DNA of 63,060 bases, filler included, from Nemertoderma westbladi (taxonomy: Eukaryota > Animalia > Xenacoelomorpha): the NCBI GenBank assembly GCA_032718475.1. It is 4 parts of 4 records of this genome, joined end to end, with 100 filler letters (N's around TTAATTAATTAA, not from the genome) between each part and the next. Parts side by side here need not be neighbours in the genome. Positions count along the whole stretch, not along the records: positions 1 to 19,146 come from JAUCBJ010004010.1; 3 more parts are not named here. The stretch is one strand, 5' to 3'. The notes under the pieces are model-generated. The model had not been told where the DNA came from. It saw only the letters and a list, made by a program, of their open reading frames with translations, and did not search any database. The position numbers and the translations under genes were made by a program. This document shows positions 1 to 14,600 of this stretch, piece by piece; the first letter of the stretch is position 1, and each line of letters opens with the position of its first letter.

Positions 1-22
1 AATGATTTATGTGTTGTATAAT

Positions 23-145
23 TAGGGGGCGTTCATAAAGTATGTCACACAAATTTTCCTATTTTTGACCCCCCCCCCCCCCCTCCCCCCCTCTTTCACA
101 AAGTGTCACACAAGCTCGACCACCCCCCCCCCCCCCCCGTCACAT
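23..145. mobile_element. Possible MITE/DNA-transposon terminus
   Basis: tagggggcgttcataaagtatgtcacac followed by poly-C tracts resembles ends of non-autonomous PIF/Harbinger-like elements. The partner end was not found. Confidence 0.3.
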
Positions 146-1204
146 TAGACAATACTTAATAAGTATACTGATTCTATCACCGAAGACGCCACCGCTTAGT
201 GCCTTCCTCTTTATGTGGTCTTAAATCACCTTCACGATCTTCATCATCCTCCACTAACCCAGAATCAAACATGTTATCCACACCCAAGGCAAACATATTG
301 CATATGTGGTGGGATAACTCCCAAATGGTCAACTGTTCTTGGAACAGAGTCTTCCCCTTCAATCCACGAAGTGACTTCCCCTTTCTTATGTACTGTAGGT
401 CTGCTCCCCAAACTGGTCCTTCCAAACAGAGTTGCACATTTCTTCCTTTTATATTTGTGTATATTATATTGTATTGTATTATATTGTGTATATTATTTAT
501 TATTTATATTATGATTTTTATAAATTATTTTCTAGAACATAGTCAACATTCTATAATATTTTTTATTCTAGCTTCTATTTATCAAAATACTAGCTATTAA
601 AAAATTTTACTAAAAAACCAAAATATTTTATTTATACTTTTTGCATATTATTCTGGAATATTTTAGAAATTTCAATTTAGCTATATTCATTTTCAAAACA
701 ACTAAAACTGCTACCAACCATAAAAAACACTAGCTATGTAAAATACAAAACAAGTTACGCAATATTATTTTTTGATTTTATAAACAAATGTGCCGCTGTG
801 TGCTGGCATAAAAAATACTAGCTATATCAATTTCAATAAATAAGACTAATCACCAATAAAGTGTGTGTGTAAACCAAGTTAAATTACGAGGCGGTAGGCA
901 ATATATAAACGAAGCGGTTTAACGAAACGGCGGTGAACAATAAATAAAACAAACGAGCATAGAACACTTTATTTAATTACTCCAGTAACAAACGTTTATA
1001 ATTCAATGTTTATTTTTGGAATAGGTTGACTGATTTGTACTTGTATTTTATGCTGTAAAAAAAATTCCCCAATGTATCCGAACTGGCACCCGGTGAATAT
1101 TTACATTATTATTATCAGGGAAGACATTGAGAAAATAAAATTGCGTGATGACCCAGGTTCACGGTCCTCCCTTGAGCTCTATTGAGCGTCTACTGGACTA
1201 ATAA

Positions 1205-1912
1205 TTATTTGTATAAATTTAGGAAATACCGTGTTTTAGCTGATTATAATAATTACTGCAAATATAGAAACCTTGTCCAACGGGAAATAAAAAAAGCTAA
1301 ATCTGAATATTTGTACAACAAAATAAGTGAGAATAAAGATAATTCTAAAAGTCTATGGTCTACCCTAAAATCTTTAGGTTATAAAAACCTTAAATCTAAA
1401 TCGAATATTGTTCTGCAAGATAACGGTGAGCTGATTCATGATCATACTCTAGTTAGTAATTTATTTAATAATTATTTTACTAATGTTGCCTCTAATTTAG
1501 TTAAGAAGTTACCGTTACCAAGTAATAAATATAGTATAGGGTCCGAAACTCTAAATAATTTTTATTTAGAAAAGTTACAAAATTCAGAAAAGTTATTTTT
1601 AAAACCCGTTTCTGAGGATTTCGTTTTTAAAAATCTACTTAGCCTATCAAACTCAAAAAGTACCGGTCTAGATCTAATACCTGCCCGTTTTCTTAAGGAT
1701 GGTGCTGAAGTACTTAAAGTGCCTATTACTTTTATTATTAATTACTCTATCGTAGATAATGTAGTACCAGACGAACTGAAATTAGCTAAGGTTGTTCCTC
1801 TGTATAAAAAGAATAGTAAAGTAGAACCCTGTAATTACAGACCTGTTAGTATCTTAAGTATTGTATCTAAAATTCTATAACGTTCTGTTTTTCTACAGCT
1901 GGAAGCACATCT
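1205..1912 (+). mobile_element. Non-LTR retrotransposon ORF2 fragment (CR1/L2-group-like) in the tubulin intron
   Basis: KSTGLDLIPARFLK...LKLAKVVPLYKK...NYRPVSILSIVSKIL is the conserved start of a LINE RT domain. Premature stop at 1878-1880; truncated at both ends. Confidence 0.85.
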
Positions 1913-2237
1913 TAGTAGGCTAAATCTGGTCTATGAACTTCAGTCCGGTTTTCGCCACCCACCATATAGAGGTGTAGTTGTAAATTTACAGCACCCATTC
2001 CACATAATTTAATGGAATTCATATCTGACTTCGAAATGCGAGAAAAATATATGTTATTTTGAACTCCTCCAGAGCTCCCTGTGGACGTCTGCAGTAACTC
2101 CATAGCTGTTGAGTGGGAGTCACGAAGACCATTTGGGGTAAATACATTTAGGTCAAAGTCTACTGGACTACTATTTAAAATTACAAATTTGAACTTATTT
2201 TTATTATTTATGTTTTGTAGTTGTTTCTTCAACTAAC

Positions 2238-2690
2238 TTCTCTCATGGACATCTTTCCACGGAATATTGCGGCAACAGTCAGATATCTCCCATTCTTTGG
2301 GTTACAAGCCGCCATCATATTCTTATCATCAAACATCTGTTGCGTTAATTCAGGGACAGTAAGAGCCCTGTAGGGTTGACTACCTCGAGATGTAAGCGGC
2401 GCGAATCCAGGGACGAAGAAATGCAGACGCGGAAATGGCACCATGTTTGTGGCGAGTTTGCGAAGATCGGCATTCAGTTGTCCTGGGAACCGCAGACACG
2501 TCGTGGTTCCAGACATGGCACAGCTGACCAAATGGTTGAGGTCGCTATACGTTGGCATTTCAAGCTTCAAGGTTCGGGTGCATATGTCGTAGAGAGCCTC
2601 GTTGTCAATGCAAAACGTCTCGTCAGTGTTTTCAACGAGTTGGTGAACAGAGAGAGTTGCGTTGTATGGTTCAACAACAGTATCTGATAC
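2238..2690 (-). CDS. TUBB: Beta-tubulin, internal exon (approx. V175-E325)
   Basis: Acceptor tattattcag| before 2690 and donor GAA|GTTAGT at 2237. 453 nt encode [21 protein letters not shown]...[16 protein letters not shown]...FRGKMSMRE, a phase-0 continuation of the SPK exon. The final exon was not found in the window. Confidence 0.95.
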
Positions 2691-5600
2691 CTGAATAATA
2701 GAGAGAGTTTCGTTGTATGGTTCAACAACGGTATATGATACCTGAATAATAGAGAGAGTTTCGATGTATGGTTCAACAACAGTATCTGATACCTGAATAA
2801 TAGAGAGAGTTTCGTTGTATGGTTCAACAACAGTATCTGATACCTGAATAATAGAGAGAGTTTCGTTGTATAGTTCAACAACAGTATCTGATACCTGTAT
2901 AATAGAGAGAGTTTCGTTGTATGGTTCAACAACGGTATCTGATACCTGAATAATCGACCTTGTATGGTTCAACACAGTATCTGATACCTGAATAATAGAG
3001 AGAGTTTCGTTGTATGGTTCAACAACAGTATCTGATACCTGAATAATAGAGAGAGTTTCGTTGTATGGTTCAACAACAGTATCTGATACCTGAATAATAG
3101 AGAGAGTTTCGTTGTATAGTTCAACAACAGTATCTGATACCTGAATAATAGAGAGAGTTTCGTTGTATGGTTCAACAACGGTATCTGATACCTGAATAAT
3201 CGACCTTGTATGGTTCAACACAGTATCTGATACCTGAATAATAGAGAGAGTTTCGTTGTATGGTTCAACAACAGTATCTGATACCTGAATAATAGAGAGA
3301 GTTTCGTTGTATGGTTCAACAACAGTATCTGATACCTGAATAATAGAGAGAGTTTCGTTGTATGGTTCAACAACAGTATCTGATACCAGAATAATAGAGA
3401 GAGTTTCGTTGTAGGGTTCAACAACAGTATCGGATACCTGAATAATAGAGAGAGTTTCGTTGCATGGTTCAACAACGGTAGCTGATACCTGAATAATCGA
3501 CCTTGTATGGTTCAACAACGGTATCTGATACCTGAATAATAGAGAGAGTTTCGTTGTATGGTTCAACAACGGTATCTGATACCTGAATAATAGAGTGAGT
3601 TTCGTTGTATGGTTCAACAACAGTATCTGATACCTGAACAATAGAAAGAGTTTCGTTGCATGGTTCAACAACGGTAGCTGATACCTGAATAATCGACCTT
3701 GTATGGTTCAACAACGGTATCTGATACCTGAATAATAGAGTGAGTTTCGTTGTATGGTTCAACAACAGTATCTGATACCTGAACAATAGAAAGAGTTTCG
3801 TTGCATGGTTCAACAACTGTAGCTGATACCTGAATAATAGAGAGAGTTTCGTTGTATGGTTCAACAACGGTATCTGATACCTGAATAATAGAGTGAGTTT
3901 CGTTGTATGGTTCAACAACAGTATCTGATACCTGAACAATAGAAAGAGTTTCGTTGCATGGTTCAACAACGGTATCTGATACCTGAATAATAGAGAGAGT
4001 TTTGTTGTATGGTTCAACAACGGTATCTGATACCTGAATAATAGAGAGAGTTTCGTTGTATGGTTCAACAACGGTAGCTGATACCAGAATAATAGAGTGA
4101 GTTTCGTTGTATGGTTCAACAACAGTATCTGATACCTGAACAATAGAAAGAGTTTCGTTGCATGGTTCAACAACGGTAGCTGATACCTGAATAATCGACC
4201 TTGTATGGTTTAACAACGGTATCTGATACCTGAATAATAGAGAGAGTTTCGTTGCATGGTTCAACAACGGTAGCTGATACCTGAATAATCGACCTTGTAT
4301 GGTTTAACAACGGTATCTGATACCTGAATAATAGAGAGAGTTTCGTTGTATGGTTCAACAACGGTATCTGATACCTGAATAATCGACCTTGTATGGTTCA
4401 ACACAGTATCTGATACCTGAATAATAGAGAGAGTTTCGTTGTATGGTTTAACAACGGTATATGATACCTGAATAATAGAGAGAGTTTCGTTGTATGGTTC
4501 AACAACAGTATCTGATACCTGAACAATAGAGAGAGTTTCGTTGTATGGTTCAACAACGGTATCTGATACCTGAATAATAGAGTGAGTTTCGTTGCATGGT
4601 TCAACAACGGTAGCTGATACCTGAATAATCGACCTTGTATGGTTCAACAACGGTATCTGATACCTGAATAATAGAGTGAGTTTCGTTGTATGGTTCAACA
4701 ACAGTATCTGATACCTGAACAATAGAAAGAGTTTCGTTGCATGGTTCAACAACGGTAGCTGATACCTGAATAATCGACCTTGTATGGTTCAACAACGGTA
4801 TCTGATACCTGAATAATAGAGTGAGTTTTGTTGTATGGTTCAACAACAGTATCTGATACCTGAACAATAGAGAGAGTTTCGTTGTATGGTTCAACAACAG
4901 TATCGGATACCTGAATAATAGAGAGAGTTTCGTTGCATGGTTCAACAACGGTAGCTGATACCTGAATAATCGACCTTGTATGGTTCAACAACGGTATCTG
5001 ATACCTGAATAATAGAGTGAGTTTCGTTGTATGGTTCAACAACGGTATCTGATACCTGAACAATAGAAAGAGTTTCGTTGCATGGTTCAACAACGGTAGC
5101 TGATACCCGAATAATCGACCTTGTATGGTTCAACAACGGTATCTGATACCTGAATAATAGAGTGAGTTTCGTTGTATGGTTCAACAACAGTATCTGATAC
5201 CTGAACAATAGAAAGAGTTTCGTTGCATGGTTCAACAACGGTATCTGATACCTGAATAATAGAGAGAGTTTTGTTGTATGGTTCAACAACGGTATCTGAT
5301 ACCTGAATAATAGAGAGAGTTTCGTTGTATGGTTCAACAACGGTAGCTGATACCAGAATAATAGAGTGAGTTTCGTTGTATGGTTCAACAACAGTATCTG
5401 ATACCTGAACAATAGAAAGAGTTTCGTTGCATGGTTCAACAACGGTAGCTGATACCTGAATAATCGACCTTGTATGGTTTAACAACGGTATCTGATACCT
5501 GAATAATAGAGAGAGTTTCGTTGTATGGTTCAACAACGGTATCTGATACCTGAATAATCGACCTTGTATGGTTCAACACAGTATCTGATACCTGAATAAT

Positions 5601-8600
5601 AGAGAGAGTTTCGTTGTATGGTTCAACACAGTATCTGATACCTGAATAATAGAGAGAGTTTCGATGTATGGTTTAACAACGGTATATGATACCTGAATAA
5701 TAGAGAGAGTTTCGTTGTATGGTTCAACAACGGTAGCTGATACCTGAATAATAGAGAGAGTTTCGTTGTATGGTTCAACAACAGTATCTGATACCTGAAC
5801 AATAGAGAGAGTTTCGTTGTATGGTTCAACAACGGTATCTGATACCTGAATAATCGACCTTGTATGGTTCAACAGAGTATCTGATACCTGAATAATAGAG
5901 AGAGTTTCGTTGTATGGTTCAACAACGGTATCTGATACCTGAATAATAGAGAGAGTTTCGTTGTATGGTTCAACAACGGTATCTGATACCTGAATAATCG
6001 ACCTTGTATGGTTCAACACAGTATCTGATACCTGAATAATAGAGAGAGTTTCGTTGTATGGTTCAACAACGGTATCTGATACCTGAATAATAGAGAGAGT
6101 TTCGTTGTATGGTTCAACAACTGTAGCTGATACCTGAATAATAGAGAGAGTTTCGTTGTATGGTTCAACAACGGTATCTGATACCTGAATAATAGAGAGA
6201 GTTTCGTTGTATGGTTCAACAACGGTATCTGATACCTGAATAATCGACCTTGTATGGTTCAACACAGTATCTGATACCTGAATAATAGAGAGAGTTTCGT
6301 TGTATGGTTTAACAACGGTATATGATACCTGAATAATCGACCTTGTATGGTTCAACACAGTATCTGATACCTGAATAATAGAGACAGTTTCGTTGTATGG
6401 TTTAACAACGGTATATGATACCTGAATAATAGAGAGAGTTTCGTTGTATGGTTCAACAACAGTATCTGATACCTGAATAATAGAGTGAGTTTCGTTGTAT
6501 GGTTCAACAACGGTATCTGATACCTGAATAATCGACCTTGTATGGTTCAACACAGTATCTGATACCTGAATAATAGAGAGAGTTTCGTTGTATGGTTCAA
6601 CAACGGTATATGATACCTGAATAATAGAGAGAGTTTCGTTGTATGGTTCAACAACAGTATCTGATACCTGAACAATAGAGAGAGTTTCGTTGTATGGTTC
6701 AACAACGGTATCTGATACCTGAATAATCGACCTTGTATGGTTCAACACAGTATCTGATACCTGAATAATAGAGTGAGTTTCGTTGTATGGTTCAACAACA
6801 GTATCTGATACCTGAATAATCGACCTTGTATGGTTCAACAACGGTATCTGATACCTGAATAATAGAGTGAGTTTCGTTGTATGGTTCAACAACGGTATCT
6901 GATACCTGAATAATCGACCTTGTATGGTTCAACACAGTATCTGATACCTGAATAATAGAGAGAGTTTCGTTGTATGGTTCAACAACGGTATATGATACCT
7001 GAATAATAGAGAGAGTTTCGTTGTATGGTTCAACAACAGTATCTGATACCTGAACAATAGAGAGAGTTTCGTTGTATGGTTCAACAACGGTATCTGATAC
7101 CTGAATAATCGACCTTGTATGGTTCAACACAGTATCTGATACCTGAATAATAGAGTGAGTTTCGTTGTATGGTTCAACAACGGTATCTGATACCTGAATA
7201 ATCGACCTTGTATGGTTCAACACAGTATCTGATACCTGAATAATAGAGAGAGTTTCGTTGTATGGTTCAACAACGGTATATGATACCTGAATAATAGAGA
7301 GAGTTTCGTTGTATAGTTCAACAACAGTATCTGATACCTGAATAATAGAGAGAGTTTCGTTGTATGGTTCAACAAGGGTATCTGATACCTGAATAATAGA
7401 GAGAGTTTCGTTGTATGGTTCAACAACAGTATCTGATACCTGAATAATCGACCTTGTATGGTTCAACACAGTATCTGATACCTGAATAATAGAGAGAGTT
7501 TCGTTGTATGGTTCAACAACAGTATCTGATACCTGAGTAATAGAGAGAGTTTCGTTGTATGGTTCAACAACGGTATCTGATACCTGAATAATCGACCTTG
7601 TATGGTTCAACACAGTATCTGATACCTGAATAATAGAGTGAGTTTCGTTGTATGGTTCAACAACGGTATCTGATACCTGAATAATCGACGTTGTATGGTT
7701 CAACACAGTATCTGATACCTGAATAATAGAGAGAGTTTCGTTGTATGGTTCAACAACGGTATATGATACCTGAATAATAGAGAGAGTTTCGTTGTATAGT
7801 TCAACAACAGTATCTGATACCTGTATAATAGAGAGAGTTTCGTTGTATGGTTCAACAACGGTATCTGATACCTGAATAATCGACCTTGTATGGTTCAACA
7901 ACAGTATCTGATACCTGAACAATAGAGAGAGTTTCGTTGTATGGTTCAACAACGGTATCTGATACCTGAATAATCGACCTTGTATGGTTCAACACAGTAT
8001 CTGATACCTGAATAATAGAGTGAGTTTCGTTGTATGGTACAACAACGGTATCTGATACCTGAATAATCGACCTTGTATGGTTCAACACAGCATCTGATAC
8101 CTGAATAATAGAGAGAGTTTCGTTGTATGGTTCAACAACGGTATCTGATACCTGAATAATAGAGAGAGTTTCGTTGCATGGTTCAACAACGGTAGCTGAT
8201 ACCTGAATAATCGACCTTGTATGGTTCAACAACGGTATCTGATACCTGAATAATAGAGAGAGTTTCGTTGTATGGTTCAACAACAGTATCTGATACCTGA
8301 ACAATAGAAAGAGTTTCGTTGCATGGTTCAACAACGGTAGCTGATACCTGAATAATCGACCTTGTATGGTTCAACAACGGTATCTGATACCTGAATAATA
8401 GAGAGAGTTTTGTTGTATGGTTCAACAACGGTATCTGATACCTGAATAATAGAGAGAGTTTCGTTGTATGGTTCAAAAACGGTAGCTGATACCAGAATAA
8501 TAGAGTGAGTTTCGTTGTATGGTTCAACAACAGTATCTGATACCTGATCAATAGAAAGAGTTTCGTTGCATGGTTCAACAACGGTAGCTGATACCTGAAT

Positions 8601-11600
8601 AATCGACCTTGTATGGTTCAACACAGTATCTGATACCTGAATAATAGAGTGAGTTTCGTTGTATGGTACAACAACGGTATCTGATACCTGAATAATCGAC
8701 CTTGTATGGTTCAACACAGCATCTGATACCTGAATAATAGAGAGAGTTTCGTTGTATGGTTCAACAACGGTATCTGATACCTGAATAATAGAGAGAGTTT
8801 CGTTGCATGGTTCAACAACGGTAGCTGATACCTGAATAATCGACCTTGTATGGTTCAACAACGGTATCTGATACCTGAATAATAGAGAGAGTTTCGTTGT
8901 ATGGTTCAACAACAGTATCTGATACCTGAACAATAGAAAGAGTTTCGTTGCATGGTTCAACAACGGTAGCTGATACCTGAATAATCGACCTTGTATGGTT
9001 CAACAACGGTATCTGATACCTGAATAATAGAGAGAGTTTTGTTGTATGGTTCAACAACGGTATCTGATACCTGAATAATAGAGAGAGTTTCGTTGTATGG
9101 TTCAAAAACGGTAGCTGATACCAGAATAATAGAGTGAGTTTCGTTGTATGGTTCAACAACAGTATCTGATACCTGAATAATAGAGAGAGTTTTGTTGTAT
9201 GGTTCAACAACGGTATCTGATACCTGAATAATAGAGAGAGTTTTGTTGTATGGTTCAACAACGGTATCTGATACCTGAATCATAGAGAGAGTTTCGTTGT
9301 ATGGTTCAACACAGTATCTGATACCTGAATAATAGAGAGAGTTTCGTTGTATGGTTTAACAACGGTATATGATACCTGAATAATAGAGAGAGTTTCGTTG
9401 TATGGTTTAACAACGGTATATGATACCTGAATAATAGAGAGAGTTTTGTTGTATGGTTCAACAACGGTATCTGATACCTGAATCATAGAGAGAGTTTCGT
9501 TGTATGGTTCAACACAGTATCTGATACCTGAATAATAGAGAGAGTTTCGTTGTATGGTTTAACAACGGTATATGATACCTGAATCATAGATAGAGTTTTG
9601 TTGTATGGTTCAACAACGGTATCTGATACCTGAATCATAGAGAGAGTTTCGTTGTATGGTTCAACACAGTATCTGATACCTGAATAATAGAGAGAGTTTC
9701 GTTGTATGGTTTAACAACGGTATATGATACCTGAATAATAGAGAGAGTTTCGTTGTATGGTTCAACAACAGTATCTGATACCTGAACAATAGAGAGAGTT
9801 TCGTTGTATGGTTCAACAACGGTATCTGATACCTGAATAATAGAGTGAGTTTCGTTGTATGGTTCAACAACGGTATCTGATACCTGAATAATCGACCTTG
9901 TATGGTTCAACACAGTATCTGATACCTGAATAATAGAGAGAGTTTCGTTGTATGGTTCAACAACGGTATCTGATACCTGAATAATAGAGAGAGTTTCGTT
10001 GTATGGTTCAACAACGGTATCTGATACCTGAATAATAGAGAGAGTTTCGTTGTATGGTTCAACAACGGTATCTGATACCTGAATAATAGAGAGAGTTTCG
10101 TTGTATGGTTCAACAACGGTATCTGATACCTGAATAATAGAGAGAGTTTCGTTGCATGGTTCAACAACGGTAGCTGATACCTGAATAATCAACCTTGTAT
10201 GGTTCAACAACGGTATCTGATACCTGAATAATAGAGTGAGTTTCGTTGTATGGTTCAACAACAGTATATGATACCTGAATAATAGAGAGAGTTTCGTTGT
10301 ATGGTTCAACAACAGTATCTGATACCTGAATAATCGACCTTGTATGGTTCAACACAGTATCTGATACCTGAATAATAGAGAGAGTTTCGTTGTATGGTTC
10401 AACAACGGTATCTGATACCTGAATAATCGACCTTGTATGGTTCAACACAGTATCTGATACCTGAATAATAGAGAGAGTTTCGTTGTATGGTTCAACAACG
10501 GTATCTGATACCTGAATAATAGAGAGAGTTTCGTTGTATGGTTCAACAACGGTAGCTGATACCAGAATAATAGAGTGAGTTTCGTTGCATGGTTCAACAA
10601 CGGTAGCTGATACCTGAATAATCAACCTTGTATGGTTCAACAACGGTATCTGATACCTGAATAATAGAGTGAGTTTCGTTGTATGGTTCAACAACAGTAT
10701 ATGATACCTGAATAATAGAGAGAGTTTCGTTGTATGGTTCAACAACGGTATCTGATACCTGAATAATAGAGAGAGTTTCGTTGCATGGTTCAACAACGGT
10801 AGCTGATACCTGAATAATCAACCTTGTATGGTTCAACAACGGTATCTGATACCTGAATAATAGAGAGAGTTTCGTTGCATGGTTCAACAACGGTAGCTGA
10901 TACCTGAATAATCAACCTTGTATGGTTCAACAACGGTATCTGATACCTGAATAATAGAGTGAGTTTCGTTGTATGGTTCAACAACAGTATATGATACCTG
11001 AATAATAGAGAGAGTTTCGTTGTATGGTTCAACAACGGTATCTGACACCTGAATAATAGAGAGAGATTCGTTGTATGGTTCAACAACGGTATATGATACC
11101 TGAATAATAGATAGAGTTTCGTTGTATGGTTCAACAACAGTATCTGACACCTGAATAATAGAGAGAGTTTCGTTGTATGGTTCAACAAGGGTATCTGATA
11201 CCTGAATAATAGAGAGAGTTTCGTTGTATGGTTCAACAACAGTATCTGATACCTGAATAATCGACCTTGTATGGTTCAACACAGTATCTGATACCTGAAT
11301 AATAGAGAGAGTTTCGTTGTATGGTTCAACAACAGTATCTGATACCTGAGTAATAGAGAGAGTTTCGTTGTATGGTTCAACAACAGTATCTGATACCTGA
11401 ATAATCGACCTTGTATGGTTCAACACAGTATCTGATACCTGAATAATAGAGAGAGTTTCGTTGTATGGTTCAACAACAGTATCTGATACCTGAGTAATAG
11501 AGAGAGTTTCGTTGTATGGTTCAACAACAGTATCTGACACCTGAATAATAGAGAGAGTTTTGTTGTATGGTTCAACAACAGTATCTGATACCTGAGTAAT

Positions 11601-14600
11601 AGAGAGAGTTTCGTTGTATGGTTCAACAACAGTATCTGACACCTGAATAATAGAGAGAGTTTCGTTGTATGGTTCAACAACGGTATCTGATACCTGAATA
11701 ATCGACCTTGTATGGTTCAACACAGTATCTGATACCTGAATAATAGAGAGAGTTTCGTTGTATGGTTCAACAACAGTATCTGATACCTGAGTAATAGAGA
11801 GAGTTTCGTTGTATGGTTCAACAACAGTATCTGACACCTGAATAATAGAGAGAGTTTTGTTGTATGGTTCAACAACGGTAACTGATACCTGAATAATAGA
11901 GAGAGTTTTGTTGTATGGTTCAACAACGGTATATGATACCTGAATAATAGAGAGAGTTTCGTTGTATGGTTCAACAACGGTATCTGACACCTGAATAATA
12001 GAGAGAGATTCGTTGTATGGTTCAACAACGGTATATGATACCTGAATAATAGATAGAGTTTCGTTGTATGGTTCAACAACAGTATCTGACACCTGAATAA
12101 TAGAGAGAGTTTCGTTGTATGGTTCAACAAGGGTATCTGATACCTGAATAATAGAGAGAGTTTCGTTGTATGGTTCAACAACAGTATCTGATACCTGAAT
12201 AATAGAGAGAGTTTCGTTGTATGGTTCAACAACAGTATCTGACACCTGAATAATAGAGAGAGTTTTGTTGTATGGTTCAACAACGGTAACTGATACCTGA
12301 ATAATAGAGAGAGTTTTGTTGTATGGTTCAACAACGGTATCTGATACCTGAATAATAGAGAGAGTTTCGTTGTATGGTTCAACAACGGTATCTGATACCT
12401 GAATAATAGAGAGAGTTTCGTTGTATGGTTCAACAACAGTATCTGACACCTGAATAATAGAGAGAGATTCGTTGTATGGTTCAACAACGGTATATGATAC
12501 CTGAATAATAGATAGAGTTTCGTTGTATGGTTCAACAACAGTATCTGATACGTGAACAATAGAGAGAGTTTCGTTGTATGGTTCAACAACGGTATCTGAT
12601 ACCTGAATAATAGAGTGAGTTTCGTTGTATGGTTCAACAACAGTATCTGATACCTGAACAATAGAGAGAGTTTCGTTGTATGGTTCAACAACGGTATCTG
12701 ATACCTGAATAATAGAGTGAGTTTCGTTGTATCGTTCAACAACAGTATCTGATACCTGAACAATAGAGAGAGTTTCGTTGTATGGTTCAACAACGGTATC
12801 TGATACCTGAATAATAGAGAGAGTTTCGTTGTATGGTTCAACAACGGTATCTGATACCTGAATAATAGAGAGAGTTTCGTTGCATGGTTCAACAACGGTA
12901 GCTGATACCTGAATAATCGACCTTGTATGGTTCAACAACGGTATCTGATACCTGAATAATAGAGAGAGTTTCGTTGTATGGTTCAACAACAGTATCTGAT
13001 ACCTGAACAATAGAAAGAGTTTCGTTGCATGGTTCAACAACGGTAGCTGATACCTGAATAATAGAGTGAGTTTCGTTGTATGGTTCAACAACAGTATCTG
13101 ATACCTGAACAATAGAAAGAGTTTCGTTGCATGGTTCAACAACGGTAGCTGATACCTGAATAATCGACCTTGTATGGTTCAACAACGGTATCTGATACCT
13201 GAATAATAGAGAGAGTTTTCTTGTATGGTTCAACAACGGTATCTGATACCTGAATAATAGAGAGAGTTTCGTTGTATGGTTCAACAACGGTAGCTGATAC
13301 CAGAATAATAGAGTGAGTTTCGTTGTATGGTTCAACAACAGTAGCTGATACCTGAATAATAGAGTGAGTTTCGTTGTATGGTTCAACAACAGTATCTGAT
13401 ACCTGAACAATAGAAAGAGTTTCGTTGCATGGTTCAACAACGGTAGCTGATACCTGAATAATAGAGTGAGTTTCGTTGTATGGTTCAACAACAGTATCTG
13501 ATACCTGAACAATAGAAAGAGTTTCGTTGCATGGTTCAACAACGGTAGCTGATACCTGAATAATCGACCTTGTATGGTTCAACAACGGTATCTGATACCT
13601 GAATAATAGAGAGAGTTTTCTTGTATGGTTCAACAACGGTATCTGATACCTGAATAATAGAGAGAGTTTCGTTGTATGGTTCAACAACGGTAGCTGATAC
13701 CAGAATAATAGAGTGAGTTTCGTTGTATGGTTCAACAACAGTATCTGATACCTGAACAATAGAAAGAGTTTCGTTGCATGGTTCAACAACGGTAGCTGAT
13801 ACCTGAATAATCGACCTTGTATGGTTTAACAACGGTATCTGATACCTGAATAATAGAGAGAGTTTCGTTGCATGGTTCAACAACGGTAGCTGATACCTGA
13901 ATAATCGACCTTGTATGGTTTAACAACGGTATCTGATACCTGAATAATAGAGAGAGTTTCGTTGTATGGTTCAACAACGGTATCTGATACCTGAATAATA
14001 GAGAGAGTTTTGTTGTATGGTTCAACAACGGTAGCTGATACCTGAATAATCGACCTTGTATGGTTCAACAACGGTATCTGATACCTGAATAATAGAGAGA
14101 GTTTCGTTGTATGGTTCAACAACGGTAGCTGATACCAGAATAATAGAGTGAGTTTCGTTGTATGGTTCAACAACAGTATCTGATACCTGAACAATAGAAA
14201 GAGTTTCGTTGCATGGTTCAACAACGGTAGCTGATACCTGAATAATCGACCTTGTATGGTTTAACAACGGTATCTGATACCTGAATAATAGAGAGAGTTT
14301 CGTTGCATGGTTCAACAACGGTAGCTGATACCTGAATAATCGACCTTGTATGGTTTAACAACGGTATCTGATACCTGAATAATAGAGAGAGTTTCGTTGC
14401 ATGGTTCAACAACGGTAGCTGATACCTGAATAATCGACCTTGTATGGTTTAACAACGGTATCTGATACCTGAATAATAGAGAGAGTTTCGTTGTATGGTT
14501 CAACAACGGTAGCTGATACCTGAATAATCGACCTTGTATGGTTCAACAACGGTATCTGATACCTGAATAATAGAGAGAGTTTTGTTGTATGGTTCAACAA

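Noticed and set aside
177-600. Short overlapping ORFs, or the missing last tubulin exon
   Set aside because: No VDEQML/EWIPNN-type tubulin sequence and no recognisable motif; they run into low-complexity AT-rich DNA.
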